Source: Candidatus Bathyarchaeota archaeon
GTDB lineage: Archaea; Thermoproteota; Bathyarchaeia; Bathyarchaeales; Bathycorpusculaceae
Direction of reading: 5' to 3'
Assembly (NCBI GenBank): GCA_963717465.1
Contig: OY970340.1
Coordinates: forward strand, 1,792,001 to 1,856,000
Length of the DNA: 64,000 bases
Within the stretch, counting starts at the first letter, position 1. Each line of letters starts with the position of its first letter. This document shows positions 33,526 to 44,520 of the stretch, piece by piece. The notes under the pieces were generated by a model, which was not told where the DNA came from, did not search any database, and was given only the letters and a program-made list of their open reading frames with translations. The position numbers were made by a program, and so were the translations under genes.

Positions 33526-33583
33526 GCAATACGAAGGATTTTAATGTAACCTGAGGTTATTTGAATGAAGGAGACTGCACAGA

Positions 33584-34411
33584 ATGATTTGGGAAGCTGT
33601 GCAAGATGAGGATGTCGATAATCTAATTAAAGCTGGACTTACATCGGGTCAAGCTAAGGTATACCTTGCACTAGTTCTATTGCAGAAAGCAACAATTTCA
33701 GAAATATCGAAAAAGGCGAAAGTAGATAGGGCTGACACGTATCGCTTAGTAACCGAGCTTGAAGAAATAGGATTAGTTGAAAGAATAATAGCCAAACCGA
33801 ATTTTTTAGTTGCTGTTCCTATAAAAGATGGGCTATCAACTTTGCTCGATAACAAAAAAAAGGAATACACCGAAATGAGCAATGCTGTGAGCGAATTACA
33901 GCAAAAGTTCAAAGCAATTGTGGATAAAAATAGAGATGGGAAAATAAGCCAATATATTCTGATTCCTCAAGGAAACCAAATTATTCGCAGGTTAAGAGAA
34001 ATAGTTGAGAAATGTCAGAAAAATATATGTTGTACTGTTACATGGAAAGAGTTCTCGAAGAATAACGCGCTTCATTTAGTTCTGGCTCTAGATATTGAGA
34101 GGGCAATGAAGCGAGGGATAAAGTTTCAATTTTTGGTTAATGAAAATAGTAAGTCATCATGGCCAAAGAGTACTAAAAGGTTAGCAAAAAATCCAAACTT
34201 TGAGATCCGAACCTTGTCTGCTGTGCCTTTCATGTTTGCAATGTGCGATAGTAGCGAAATCTATATACCTCAAACTCAAGGGGGACTTCAAGAATATCCT
34301 GCGCTTTGGTCAAATAACCCTATAATCGCAGGGCTTGCTAAAAGCTACTTTGATAAACTTTGGAATGAGGGTACCCCTGCTGATTTACGTTCTAAAACTG
34401 GCTCCAAATGA
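33584..34411 (+). CDS. TrmB-family transcriptional regulator
   Basis: GLTSGQAKVYLAL...YRLVTELEEIGLV wHTH; C-terminal YFDKLW effector domain. Confidence 0.9.
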   Translation: MIWEAVQDEDVDNLIKAGLTSGQAKVYLALVLLQKATISEISKKAKVDRADTYRLVTELEEIGLVERIIAKPNFLVAVPIKDGLSTLLDNKKKEYTEMSNAVSELQQKFKAIVDKNRDGKISQYILIPQGNQIIRRLREIVEKCQKNICCTVTWKEFSKNNALHLVLALDIERAMKRGIKFQFLVNENSKSSWPKSTKRLAKNPNFEIRTLSAVPFMFAMCDSSEIYIPQTQGGLQEYPALWSNNPIIAGLAKSYFDKLWNEGTPADLRSKTGSK

Positions 34412-34544
34412 GCTCGAAGCGCATGCGAGATGTAACCGTGAATCCTCTTTTTTCAAGTTATAATTTATAAAATTTTAGGTGCGCTTGGCTATGGGAAAAA
34501 TGAGATATATCTAATATTGGTTTCGAAATAATAAGTACAATTAT

Positions 34545-34813
34545 TTGAAGAAATTAACCTCAATTCTTTTCACTAGGGTTCCATTGCCAGGTTACACTAA
34601 AACACGGCTTGCACTAAAAGAAGAAGGTGGATTTCTTACACCTGAAGAAGCTGCAACATTCTACAAGGCTTCGTTGATAGATACAATTGAAGTCATTTTG
34701 AAAGCAAAATCATTCAAAGAAGAAAAATCCAACTTGGAAAACAAACTGTTTATTGCTTATGAACCAAAAGAACAAGAAGAAAAACTTGGAATTGCTTGAA
34801 AAATTGGATCTGC
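34545..34813 (+). pseudogene. Truncated paralog of the DUF2064-like gene at 28668
   Basis: MKKLTSILFTRVPLPGYTKTRL... is highly similar to 28668; nucleotide similarity ends at GGATCTGC (~34813). Confidence 0.85.
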
Positions 34814-34824
34814 GCCTATGTGAA

Positions 34825-34940
34825 GTCTGCTAATTAACCTTTCCTTCCTAAGCGCCCATGGCAGGGCTTCTTCAGACATCAGACATTCGGCTCAAAAGAA
34901 ACTCACCGCCTGAGCGTTTAAGTTTAGCGTTTGTCTGATG
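34825..34940 (-). ncRNA. Candidate structured RNA
   Basis: CATCAGACA/TGTCTGATG 9-bp stem enclosing GCTCA/TGAGC; second domain GTCTG/CAGAC enclosing GCCC/GGGC; TATA-like element ~30 nt upstream on the minus strand. Confidence 0.35.
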
Positions 34941-35073
34941 GTTTTTTTACTTAATACTTCAACTCTTGCCAAAATATATTTAATAATATCCGCTTATGCG
35001 TTATTTATAGGTCTTAAAACAATTTTTCCATCCATCGCTTTTATTTTGCTTCAAAAAATTTTTTGTTTTTTAG

Positions 35074-35241
35074 TTATCTTTTTTCTTGCGGGTTGTGGTT
35101 TTTTTCTTCTTGTTGTTTTAGTTGGTATACTGCGTATTCTATGGCGTGGCTTACGTCTTTGAAGCGTTTTTGTTGTATTTGTTTGGCGATCCAGTTCATT
35201 AGTTCTTTGTCGATGCTTATTGATCTTCGGATTTTGGGCAT
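35074..35241 (-). CDS. Ribbon-helix-helix (CopG-like) DNA-binding protein, 55 aa (not in ORF track)
   Basis: MPKIRRSISIDKELMNWIAKQIQQKRFKDVSHAIEYAVYQLK. Confidence 0.8.
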   Translation of the reverse strand: MPKIRRSISIDKELMNWIAKQIQQKRFKDVSHAIEYAVYQLKQQEEKNHNPQEKR

Positions 35242-35331
35242 GTACCATGCAGTTTACGTTTAAATTATTTATGTTTATTGTAAAATAATATGCGAAAGTA
35301 TTATAAGAGGTTATGTTGTAACACTAGTTAA

Positions 35332-35505
35332 ATGAGAACAGCCAAGCGATTGTATGTAGATGTTACGGCCAAACCACACGTGGAACGCCAAAAAATATTC
35401 AGAATGAACATGCAACAGATCGGTTTCGAAAAATTTATAAAAATCAATAATACCGATGCGAGAAAAGAAACGACATTTTACGTTTTTTGTTACAGCAAAG
35501 ATTAA
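35332..35505 (+). CDS. Small hypothetical protein (57 aa), probably leaderless
   Basis: TTATAAG ~30 nt upstream of ATG; divergent from the RHH gene. Confidence 0.45.
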   Translation: MRTAKRLYVDVTAKPHVERQKIFRMNMQQIGFEKFIKINNTDARKETTFYVFCYSKD

Positions 35506-36089
35506 ACTTGTAAAGACGCTTTATTAAAGAAGAAAATGCCATATCTCTTAACAGGCACCATTTTTTCAAGCTTAAACTTGCCCTTCTCTACTTCTGCTGT
35601 TATCGCTTGAGGATTTTGAATAGGCGCTCCTGGCAATACTCCTTTTCTTACAACTTCAACTATTACCAGTTTGCCCTCAGCCTTCAAAACCCTGCCAAAT
35701 TCCCTCAGAACCACTTGTTTATCGCCAACTTCATGAAAAACTGTAACAAGAAAGATCATATCAACAGTCCCATCTTCAACTTGAAGACTTTTCCCATCAC
35801 TTTGAACAAATTTAATATTCTTAATAGCAGATTTTTCAGCTTTCGTTTGTGCCTTCTTAAGCATTTCAGACGAAAGATCAACTGCCATCACTGACTTGGT
35901 TTTCCTTGCAAGCTCTATAGTGTAATAGCCTGGTCCACAACCGAAATCCATAACTACATCTGTCTGGTGGATACCCAGTTTCTCTATTAATTCGAAAGGC
36001 GGTTGAAGCCAACGTCTTATAGCATTATCCAAGAGCCAGGCACCTGACGCTGGATACGCGTGTTCCTCATGTGGCATAAATATTCCCAA
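35502..36089 (-). CDS. Class I SAM-dependent methyltransferase
   Basis: VMDFGCGPG motif I, AVDLSSEML. Confidence 0.9.
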   Translation of the reverse strand: MGIFMPHEEHAYPASGAWLLDNAIRRWLQPPFELIEKLGIHQTDVVMDFGCGPGYYTIELARKTKSVMAVDLSSEMLKKAQTKAEKSAIKNIKFVQSDGKSLQVEDGTVDMIFLVTVFHEVGDKQVVLREFGRVLKAEGKLVIVEVVRKGVLPGAPIQNPQAITAEVEKGKFKLEKMVPVKRYGIFFFNKASLQV

Positions 36090-36214
36090 ATTAACCTAAT
36101 TCAACTAACAAAGCTTATACTGCTTCGTATTTAAGTATTAAGCCGTGATTGACGAAGATAGTAAAATATAGAAACTAAATAGAAACACGAAAAAACAAGT
36201 GAAATAATATAAAT

Positions 36215-37201
36215 TTGGAATTCACAAGTTTATTAAAGGTAGAAGAGAAGGACTCGATTGTGGAAGAGCAAGAAAAAATCCAAATAGCAACGCTTAGTCA
36301 GCAAATTGCGAAGAATAAGGATGAAATCGTGAAAATAGAGGCTGAATCTAAAAAGAACGTTGAAGCAAGAGATCAACTTAACATTAAGGTAAAGGATGCT
36401 TGGCAAGAAATCCAAAAAATGAAAGAGCAACGAGACAGCATTAACGAGAAAGTCAAATCATTAAAAGAACAAAGAGAAGGCATGCGAACAAAAAATGTCG
36501 AGGTCTCAAGCAAGATAACTGAAAGAAAAGAAAAAGTGACTGAGCTACAATCTAAATTGCCTCGGGTTAGTCAACATGAACTTCAAGAGGAGCTCGACGC
36601 TATTGAATGGAAAATCCAGACTACGTCGCTTGACCTGCAAGAAGAGAAGCGCCTAATTGAAAGAGTGAAACAGCTTGAAATCCTCCTCAGTGGATATAAG
36701 AAAATCGATAAGCAATACCAGAAAATTAAGGAGCTTCAAAATGAACGCAAACCCTTCCAGACAAGTGCAGATTCACTTCATCAAGAACTAACCGAGCTTG
36801 CCAAAAAAAGCCAAGAACTACATTTAGAAATCATTAGTAAAATCGAGCAAGCAAAGAAAGATAAAGCGGAAGCCGATAATCATCATGAAGCTTATATTCA
36901 AGGAAAAGAGCAAACAAACCAGTTGCTTGTAGAAATAGCAGTATTAACTGGACAAATAAAAGGCTTAAAAACCTCGATCATCGAACGAAATAATAAAATC
37001 AGAGAAAAGAACCAAGCGGAAAAAGCGATTGCACAAGCAAAAATGACCGAGGAGAAAACCAAAAAGAAACTTAACAACGAGAATCTTAGGGAAACACTTA
37101 GCTCTCAAGCCAAAGATAAGCTTCAACGTGGAGAAAAACTAAGCTGGAATGAGTTTCAACTTCTTGATGACCAGACTGAAGATGACCCGGATCAAGAATA
37201 G
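36215..37201 (+). CDS. Archaeal coiled-coil protein (COG1340-like)
   Basis: IEWKIQTTSLDLQEEKRLI and KLQRGEKLSWNEF motifs. Confidence 0.8.
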   Translation: MEFTSLLKVEEKDSIVEEQEKIQIATLSQQIAKNKDEIVKIEAESKKNVEARDQLNIKVKDAWQEIQKMKEQRDSINEKVKSLKEQREGMRTKNVEVSSKITERKEKVTELQSKLPRVSQHELQEELDAIEWKIQTTSLDLQEEKRLIERVKQLEILLSGYKKIDKQYQKIKELQNERKPFQTSADSLHQELTELAKKSQELHLEIISKIEQAKKDKAEADNHHEAYIQGKEQTNQLLVEIAVLTGQIKGLKTSIIERNNKIREKNQAEKAIAQAKMTEEKTKKKLNNENLRETLSSQAKDKLQRGEKLSWNEFQLLDDQTEDDPDQE

Positions 37202-37245
37202 TAAAGTTAAATTTAACGCACCAAGAAAAAGAGTAGAAATAAAAC

Positions 37246-38512
37246 ATGGCAGAAACAGAAACGCCGCAAGCAACCAACGGAAAAACGCATTTTAATTCTG
37301 TGCGTAGATAGAGATGGCGATTTAGAATTAAAGACTAAGATTAAGACGCCTCTTTTAGGAAGAACTGCAAATTTGGATGCTGCCGTTTCATTAGCTTTAA
37401 ATGACCCTGAAGAAGCTGACGCTAACGCCATGTTTGAAGCTATTCGCCTTTATGATCGACTTCAAAACGAGAAACAGCCTGAAGAAATGTTTGAAGTAGC
37501 GACTATTTCAGGTTCAGAGTTGGGTGGAGTAAGCGCTGACAGGAAACTTGTTGCGGAACTAGGCAATTTACTGGACACTTACAATGCGCACGAAGTTATC
37601 TTGGTGTCTGATGGATATTCTGATGAGGCAATTCTGCCACTAGTACAATCTAGGGTTCCCGTTTCATCAATTAGACGAATAGTAATTAAACACAGTGAAT
37701 CCATCGAGGAAACAGCCGCACTCTTTTCAAAATACTCCCGTTTACTTTTAGAAAATCCTCGTTACTCACGCATTACGCTAGGAGTACCTGGAATCTTGGT
37801 TTTAATTTTTGGAATATTTTGGGCCATGAACTTCTTCATTCCCGGAGCAATCTACTATTACGGCATCGCCATCGTAATTGTTTTAGGCGGCTTACTGCTC
37901 ATAAAAGGTTTCGGCATTGATAAAGCCTTAAAGGACGTATACCATTGGGCTAAGGAATACTCGCCTCCGCCTCTTCCCATGCAAATCGCAAGCTTTACCC
38001 TTTTCGCTGGAATACTCTGTATAGCAGTAAGCATCTTTTTAGGAGCGCAAAATGTAAGCGTTAATGTCTACCCCTTTCCTTCAAACGCACTGAGCAACGT
38101 CAGTGATGTTGGAACTATCATTGGATACTTCATCGAAGGTATGATTAACTTAGCAATTATTGGAGTAGCTCTCATATTTGTCGGACGAAGCATAAGATGG
38201 TACATTGAAAGAGACGCTCGTTTACTTAGAAACGTCGCGTTTATAGTACTTGTAGTTTGGTGCAGATGGATTCTTTATGAAACTGCAAACTTGCTAATCA
38301 ATCCGGAGGCACCTTTTTCAAACTTTATCTTCTCAATAATTATAGGTATACTTATTGGCATAGCATCTGTCTTGATAATTTACGTGGTTCATAAGTCAAA
38401 CAAGGATTTCTTTATCAAGTCAGAGGAAAAGCCAAAAGAGGAAAAGCCGAAAACTCAACATTTCAAAAGAAATCGAGTTGATGATATTAAAAATGATCGG
38501 GGTAAGCTTTAA
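37246..38512 (+). CDS. DUF373 family membrane protein; frameshift near the start
   Basis: ILCVDRDGD upstream in frame with DPEEADAN and VSDGYSDE; C-terminal TMs. Confidence 0.85.
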
Positions 38513-38590
38513 TTGATGCAATTAAACTTTTTACTTTTTGAACAAAATCGCACTAATTCATGCAGGTTATCCTAAGAGGTTTGTACTGTA

Positions 38591-39391
38591 GTGTCAAAGA
38601 ACTCTCTTTCGCTAAAGAACTTTCTTTCAGTAATCGGTGCCTACAAGTTTTATGAAAGATGGCTATGGATGCAGGTTAAAAATGGGGCAAAAGTTGAACA
38701 CATAGCGATAATCTTGGATGGAAATAGAAGATGGGCTTCAGCAAAAGAACTTAATCCATGGCTAGGGCACAAGAAGGGTGCCGATACAGTTGAACAACTT
38801 TTAGAATGGTGCGATAAGCTTAGTGTAAAATATATCACTCTTTATACGTTTTCAACTGAGAATTTTACTCGCAAACCAGCCGAGATAATTGAGATAATGA
38901 AAATAACTGAAGAAAAATTTCGTAAATTACTCGCTGACCCGCGCATCCATCGTAACCAAATTAACGTTAGAGTTATCGGTAGAACAAGTCTTCTTCCTGA
39001 AAGCCTTCAACAAGTAATCAGTGAACTAGAAAAAGTCACAGCTGGATACAGCAATCAATTCTTAAATTTTGCTGTAGCATACGGAGGAAGAGCAGAAATT
39101 GTTGATGTCACGAAAACGATTGCGAAAAAAGTGAAAGAAGGCAAACTGGACTTAGAAGACATTGACGAGAAAACAATTGAGAAATACCTGTATACTTCCC
39201 ACATGACTAAACAAGACCCCGACCTGATCATTAGAACCTCAGGCGAAGAAAGGCTAAGCGGTTTTCTTCTCTGGCAATCAGCCTATAGTGAACTTGCATT
39301 CTTAGACGTTTATTGGCCTGACTTTCGATTCATTGATCTATTAAGGGCAATTCGAACATTTCAGAAGCGAAAACGCCGTTTCGGCGGCTAA
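38591..39391 (+). CDS. uppS: cis-Prenyltransferase (polyprenyl diphosphate synthase)
   Basis: HIAIILDGNRRW, FSTENF, IRTSGEERLSGFLLWQ. Confidence 0.96.
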   Translation: MSKNSLSLKNFLSVIGAYKFYERWLWMQVKNGAKVEHIAIILDGNRRWASAKELNPWLGHKKGADTVEQLLEWCDKLSVKYITLYTFSTENFTRKPAEIIEIMKITEEKFRKLLADPRIHRNQINVRVIGRTSLLPESLQQVISELEKVTAGYSNQFLNFAVAYGGRAEIVDVTKTIAKKVKEGKLDLEDIDEKTIEKYLYTSHMTKQDPDLIIRTSGEERLSGFLLWQSAYSELAFLDVYWPDFRFIDLLRAIRTFQKRKRRFGG

Positions 39392-40615
39392 TTAAGCCCG
39401 TTTTTTAGCGCTTACAATTGAAATAACTTCTCTATCCCTAAGCTTTGCGTCTTCACCAATCCTTCTTTTGTCACGGGCATCCACAGCATAAAGGAAACTT
39501 TCACCAAGCTCAGTGTGGATCAAGTACGCGAATTGATGCGCCGTAATGCCGTTAGGCACAAGATACACGTCAGGTAGCACCATGCCATCATGATTAGAAA
39601 GATGTTCTAAATCTTCAACAGGATAAACAGTAATCATATCTAACAGCTTGAAGTAAGCCGTGTTAATCGCTTCTTGAACTCCAGTTGAACCATTAACGGC
39701 AAGAATTTTTTCTCGTACCGCTTCCAATGCTTTCAGTTGACCCGAAGTCAGTTTTTGCGGCTCAGTAACGTTGAAGGTTGAGTCGCCTGGCTTGTAATCG
39801 ATTAATTGCTTTTCCGCTGCACGCCTAAGAACAAGTTCAGCTTCAGCAGAGCAAGCAATAACAGTGTAATCAAGTTTTTTAAGCCTTTCAAGATTGGTTT
39901 TCGCCGCTGGCAAATCAATTTTGTTTGCAACAATCAGCATAGGCTTGGAGATTTTTCTAATTGTATCCACGAAATTGTAGAAGTCTTCTTCACTCCAAGT
40001 GCTCGGTTTATCAGCATTTAAATTAGTCTTTTTAGTTGCTTCAAAAATGTGGCTACGTCTTATTCCTAAACCAGTTAAGTGTTCTTCAAGAGGTCCAAAA
40101 ATACCCTTCTTGTCAGCTTCAGCAGTTCGAGCAATTCTGGGCCAATCTCTTTTTATTAGCGAAACTATCCACATGGTTATTTCTCGCTCTAAGAATTTTA
40201 CATCTTCAATTGGGTCATGTTCCCCAGGTTTGCATGTTCGCCCCTCGCAATCTGTGCCCCCTGAAGCGTCAACAATGTGGATAAGTGCGTCAGCTCTTCG
40301 AATTTCATCTAGAAACTGATTTCCCAAGCCACGTCCTTCCCAAGCGCCAGGAACCAAGCCAGCGACATCGATGAGTTCGATTGGGACTAATCGGACACCA
40401 TTTAAGCAAACGGAGTTTTTCGGGTTATCTTTTACTTTAAATTCTTCATGAACGCATTGCGTCCTAACGTAACCGACCCCACGGTTCGGCTTTATGGTTG
40501 TAAATGGATAGTTGGCTATTTCAGCTGGCGCTAAGGTTGCTGCACTGAAAAACGTTGATTTTCCAGTGTTAGGTTTTCCAATTACGCCCAGCAATCGTGA
40601 GTACGATCTTTGCAT
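39392..40615 (-). CDS. ychF: Obg-family YchF ATPase/GTPase with TGS domain
   Basis: GKPNTGKST, YPFTTIKPN, DVAGLV, NKID. Confidence 0.92.
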   Translation of the reverse strand: MQRSYSRLLGVIGKPNTGKSTFFSAATLAPAEIANYPFTTIKPNRGVGYVRTQCVHEEFKVKDNPKNSVCLNGVRLVPIELIDVAGLVPGAWEGRGLGNQFLDEIRRADALIHIVDASGGTDCEGRTCKPGEHDPIEDVKFLEREITMWIVSLIKRDWPRIARTAEADKKGIFGPLEEHLTGLGIRRSHIFEATKKTNLNADKPSTWSEEDFYNFVDTIRKISKPMLIVANKIDLPAAKTNLERLKKLDYTVIACSAEAELVLRRAAEKQLIDYKPGDSTFNVTEPQKLTSGQLKALEAVREKILAVNGSTGVQEAINTAYFKLLDMITVYPVEDLEHLSNHDGMVLPDVYLVPNGITAHQFAYLIHTELGESFLYAVDARDKRRIGEDAKLRDREVISIVSAKKRA

Positions 40616-40724
40616 TATTTTTCACGCAACTATTGTTTGCTGAAAAAAGACTATATTTTTTGTGCTTATAAAATGATGTATTTTTAAATGTCATATGCTA
40701 AGTTTACTGAACGTGAATTAAATC

Positions 40725-41981
40725 ATGGCTAACTTAGCTTGGCGCCGAACAACTCTATCAAATGGTTTAACAGTGTTAAAATTTCCTAAGCCATCTGACA
40801 ATACAGCTCAAATGTCAGTCGTCGTAAAATACGGTTCCAACAATGAAACTCAAAAAACTGTGGGAACCGCTCATTTCATCGAGCATATGCTTGCCGGCGG
40901 CTCAACAGAACGAATCAACCTATCGCGCAGTATAGAAGGCGATGGTGGAGTTATTGATTTTTACACTGACCACGAGTACACTATGAGCATGGCAGATGTG
41001 CTTCCTGAAAATTTAGCAAAGGCATCCGACATACTTTATGCGTTGCTTTTGGGTAAATTTCCATTTGAAAAGGAAAAATTCGCCGCTGAAGCGCAAATAA
41101 TCCTCAATGAACTCGCTGAAATGTCTGATGATCCTGCGCAAAAGGTTAACGAGTTATTCCTCAATTGCCTTTATAGAGATCACCCTTTAAAATGGCCCGT
41201 CGGGGGCTATCCTAAAAACATCCGAAGTTTAACTATCGAGCAACTTGAAAAGACTTATCAACAACAGTATACTCCACAAAACGCTTTACTGATTTTCACG
41301 GGAAACGTATCTGATTCAGATATTGAAAAAGCAACTAGAACTTTTGAAGCGGAAAGGAATACCATGCCTAACATTGCACATCCCAAAAGAAACCATTCAG
41401 AAACGGAAAGCAAGAAGCCAGCAACTGAAGTGAGACGGAAAAAAGCAGGCATTTCTCAAACTTACCTTAGCGTTGGAGCAAAAACTGTTCCCTCCAAAAA
41501 TCCTGGTGCCCCCACGCTTGATTTACTGAGCATCCTAATGGGGAATGGTGCAAGTTCACGTCTTTTCATTTCTTTGCGAGAAGAAAATGCATTAACTTAC
41601 GATATAAGCTCGGTTCACAGTAAAGGGTTAGACTTTGGTTATTTCAGCGTTGATTGTGCAATTAAGAATAAGAATGTTGTAAAGGCTAAGACACTTATTT
41701 TGAAAGAATTTGAAAAGTTGCGGTCACAAATGATTAGTGATGAGGAACTAATAAAAGCAAAGAATATGATGTTGGGTGGAATACTTAGAGAAATTGACGA
41801 TCCAGAACAGTGTCATGATATAATTACTTTCATGGAAATGCAGTTCCAAAAAGAAACGGCGCTTGCCGATTATTGCGAAAAAATCAAATCAGTTTCCGCC
41901 AGGGATATTTTGGATGCTGCAAACCGATATTTCAAGGAAGATGCTTTTTCAACTGCAATTTTAGCTCCCAAAAACGAATAG
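40725..41981 (+). CDS. M16 family Zn-peptidase
   Basis: HFIEH inverted zincin motif; SSRLF..LRE. Confidence 0.9.
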   Translation: MANLAWRRTTLSNGLTVLKFPKPSDNTAQMSVVVKYGSNNETQKTVGTAHFIEHMLAGGSTERINLSRSIEGDGGVIDFYTDHEYTMSMADVLPENLAKASDILYALLLGKFPFEKEKFAAEAQIILNELAEMSDDPAQKVNELFLNCLYRDHPLKWPVGGYPKNIRSLTIEQLEKTYQQQYTPQNALLIFTGNVSDSDIEKATRTFEAERNTMPNIAHPKRNHSETESKKPATEVRRKKAGISQTYLSVGAKTVPSKNPGAPTLDLLSILMGNGASSRLFISLREENALTYDISSVHSKGLDFGYFSVDCAIKNKNVVKAKTLILKEFEKLRSQMISDEELIKAKNMMLGGILREIDDPEQCHDIITFMEMQFQKETALADYCEKIKSVSARDILDAANRYFKEDAFSTAILAPKNE

Positions 41982-42601
41982 CAAAATGCCTTTTTATCAA
42001 ATTGGGTTACAAAGTTTTTAGAATTAGCTTCTTTTACATCTTTCAAAAGCTCAAAAAACAAAATAAGAATCGTAAAAAAATATTCTTGTGGTCATCTTTC
42101 AAGCACTTGTTAAGTGCCCACAGGTATTAAGGGTATCCACGAGTTTTTTAGTGTGCCCGCAGTTAGTGCAATAAACTGAAACAGCTGTCCGTTCTTATTC
42201 ACTAAAAGGGTTTACGTGTTACCGCATTTCTCACAATCATATTGGCGGTGTCTAATCGAAATGATTTTTCTGGGTCATTAAAAAAAGAACATGACTGTTT
42301 TGTTTAAAAGCTTTGTTCTCCATCACCGATTAGAAGACTGGTGAAAAATCAGACAAACTCCATTTGGTGTCGTGTTTGGAAACAATGAAATGCCTTGGCT
42401 AGTATGTTAAGGTATTTTCTACCAAAAGACCGTTAGACCATTCAGTTGGAAATTAGCAAGTAGAGTTTTCATAAAGCTAATGTTATTTGATTTGAAAGAA
42501 CATAAAACCTCGGATTACTCCCAAATTATAACCTCCTTATTATTCTGTTTAATTGTCGTTAAAAAAAGCTTATAATGTGCCTGAAGTACATACGCTCAAG
42601 T

Positions 42602-44440
42602 ATGAAGCTCGCTCGATTGGAAATATCAAATTATCGCAGCATTAAGCAATTAGATATGGATTTTGGTGCCTCTACTATAATAGTCGGCAAGAATAACACA
42701 GGCAAATCAAATATCCTGAGAGCTATTGATATTGTTTTAGGAGAGCGCTTTTTTAAGCCGACTAAAAACGATTTTTTCGATGGTGATGAAACTCGAACTA
42801 TACAGATAATTTTGCATTTTGATGATTTCACTGATGAAGAAATTAACGAAATTACATCAAAAATAAAATACCCTTGCTATGTTGAACATAATTATTACAG
42901 GGCAATCGATTACACCGGGTTTCTGTATGCTACACGCTCGGCTCGTCTTGAAATAGAAATGTCCAATGTTGGACTTGAAAAGAAACTTTACCTTGGAGGC
43001 GTTTACTACAAGTACCTTTCTACTGAGCTTAAGAATGCCATAATCACTTCAGTACATATTCCATCAGTTCGTGACCATACGCAGATTCTAAAGACAACGG
43101 ATTACTCGTTTTTGGGAAAATTGCTTGCAAAGCTTTATGATGGCGCAGACGCAACAAAGAAAACTGAGCTTAATCAGAAACTAAGCGAAGGCAATGATGT
43201 TTGTAATGATATTTTCTTGAAATACCAGAATAGACTTAATGAGATTAGTTCAGCCATTATTAGTCACAACGGGGTTAAGTTTTCCTTTTTGCCAAGTAAC
43301 CCTCGCGAAAGTTATAGAAAACTTGAGATTCTTCTCGATGACGGGATAGAAACTGGATTGGACTTTAAAGGCTCAGGTATTCAAAGCGTTATCATAATTT
43401 CATTATTCAAATTGTATAGCGAAGTCAAGGCAGGACAAGCACTAATTCTAATCGAAGAACCAGAGCTGTTTCTGCATCCTCACGCCAACCGCCACATGGC
43501 AAGCGTTTTAAAGGACTTTTGTACTTCTGAAGGAGTCCAGCTTATAATCACTACTCACTCTCCCCAATACTTGTTAGACAGAGACATTTCCGAGATAGTA
43601 TTAGTAAGGAAAGTTGGCAAAGAAACTTCAGTCAAGAGAGCAACTGGTGCTATTGATGAAGTGAAACTCAAAAAAGAACTTTCTGAATCTAACCTTGAAT
43701 TGTTCTTTTCCGAAAAAGTGGTTCTTGTTGAAGGTCAAAGCGATAAAATAATGTTACAGGCTTTCGCCAAATCCATTGACGACAAATTTGATTTTGATGC
43801 AAAGAACATTGGTGTTATCGAAACGGGTAGCAAAGCTAACTTAGACATTTTCATCGATTTATTGGAAGCCTTTGAGGTTCCTTGGTTGGCTGTTGTTGAT
43901 AAAGACTTGCTTGATGACAAAGGAACTTTGGGACGAATGAATACACATTTCAATTTAGGCATTGTCGACACCGATTCAAGTGCTCAGAAATCAGATACGC
44001 TAAAAGCTAAGGGTATAAATGTTCTACAGTTTGGAGAGATAGAAAACTATTACAACAAAGATTGGCTGTATAATGTTTTGTATGACTTCATCGACGAAAC
44101 GAACCTTCCTCAAAAAACCGATATCAAGACTTTGATACAAAACATGACTAGCTCTGACGATTCAGCCTCGCTGAAGCGACAATTAGGAACTAGCGGCTGG
44201 TTAACCCTCGATATCGATGATGTAGTAAACAGAGTAATTAATTGTAAGGTTGGCTTAATTCCTGTTAACATGGAAGCGCAAAGACTCGGAAATAAGCTGC
44301 AAGATGAAATATTTAGTTGCTTCCAACTAACCAAACCAAAAATTGCTTTGAAAATTAAGAAGTATGTCAACGTGAATAGTTTACCTGATAACAAGAAAGA
44401 GGAGCTAACCGAATTATTATCTAGAGTTTTTGCTACATAA
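42602..44440 (+). CDS. OLD-family ATP-dependent nuclease (ABC ATPase + TOPRIM)
   Basis: GKNNTGKS, GSGIQS, IEEPELFLHP, TTHSP; TOPRIM LVEGQSD and VDKD. Confidence 0.9.
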   Translation: MKLARLEISNYRSIKQLDMDFGASTIIVGKNNTGKSNILRAIDIVLGERFFKPTKNDFFDGDETRTIQIILHFDDFTDEEINEITSKIKYPCYVEHNYYRAIDYTGFLYATRSARLEIEMSNVGLEKKLYLGGVYYKYLSTELKNAIITSVHIPSVRDHTQILKTTDYSFLGKLLAKLYDGADATKKTELNQKLSEGNDVCNDIFLKYQNRLNEISSAIISHNGVKFSFLPSNPRESYRKLEILLDDGIETGLDFKGSGIQSVIIISLFKLYSEVKAGQALILIEEPELFLHPHANRHMASVLKDFCTSEGVQLIITTHSPQYLLDRDISEIVLVRKVGKETSVKRATGAIDEVKLKKELSESNLELFFSEKVVLVEGQSDKIMLQAFAKSIDDKFDFDAKNIGVIETGSKANLDIFIDLLEAFEVPWLAVVDKDLLDDKGTLGRMNTHFNLGIVDTDSSAQKSDTLKAKGINVLQFGEIENYYNKDWLYNVLYDFIDETNLPQKTDIKTLIQNMTSSDDSASLKRQLGTSGWLTLDIDDVVNRVINCKVGLIPVNMEAQRLGNKLQDEIFSCFQLTKPKIALKIKKYVNVNSLPDNKKEELTELLSRVFAT

Positions 44441-44520
44441 TACCTCGCAAGATTATACCAAGAACTTGATTTAAGCTGCTTAGCCCCAAACTTTTATCCC
44501 TGCTTTGCTATCCTTGTTTT

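Noticed and set aside
34825..34890. Hammerhead ribozyme (CTGATG / CTGAAGA on the minus strand)
   Set aside because: No GAAA follows the candidate stem II, so the catalytic core is incomplete.
42110..42540. Minus-strand zinc-ribbon gene (CEKC...CTNC)
   Set aside because: Multiple stops and frameshifts; too decayed to call.
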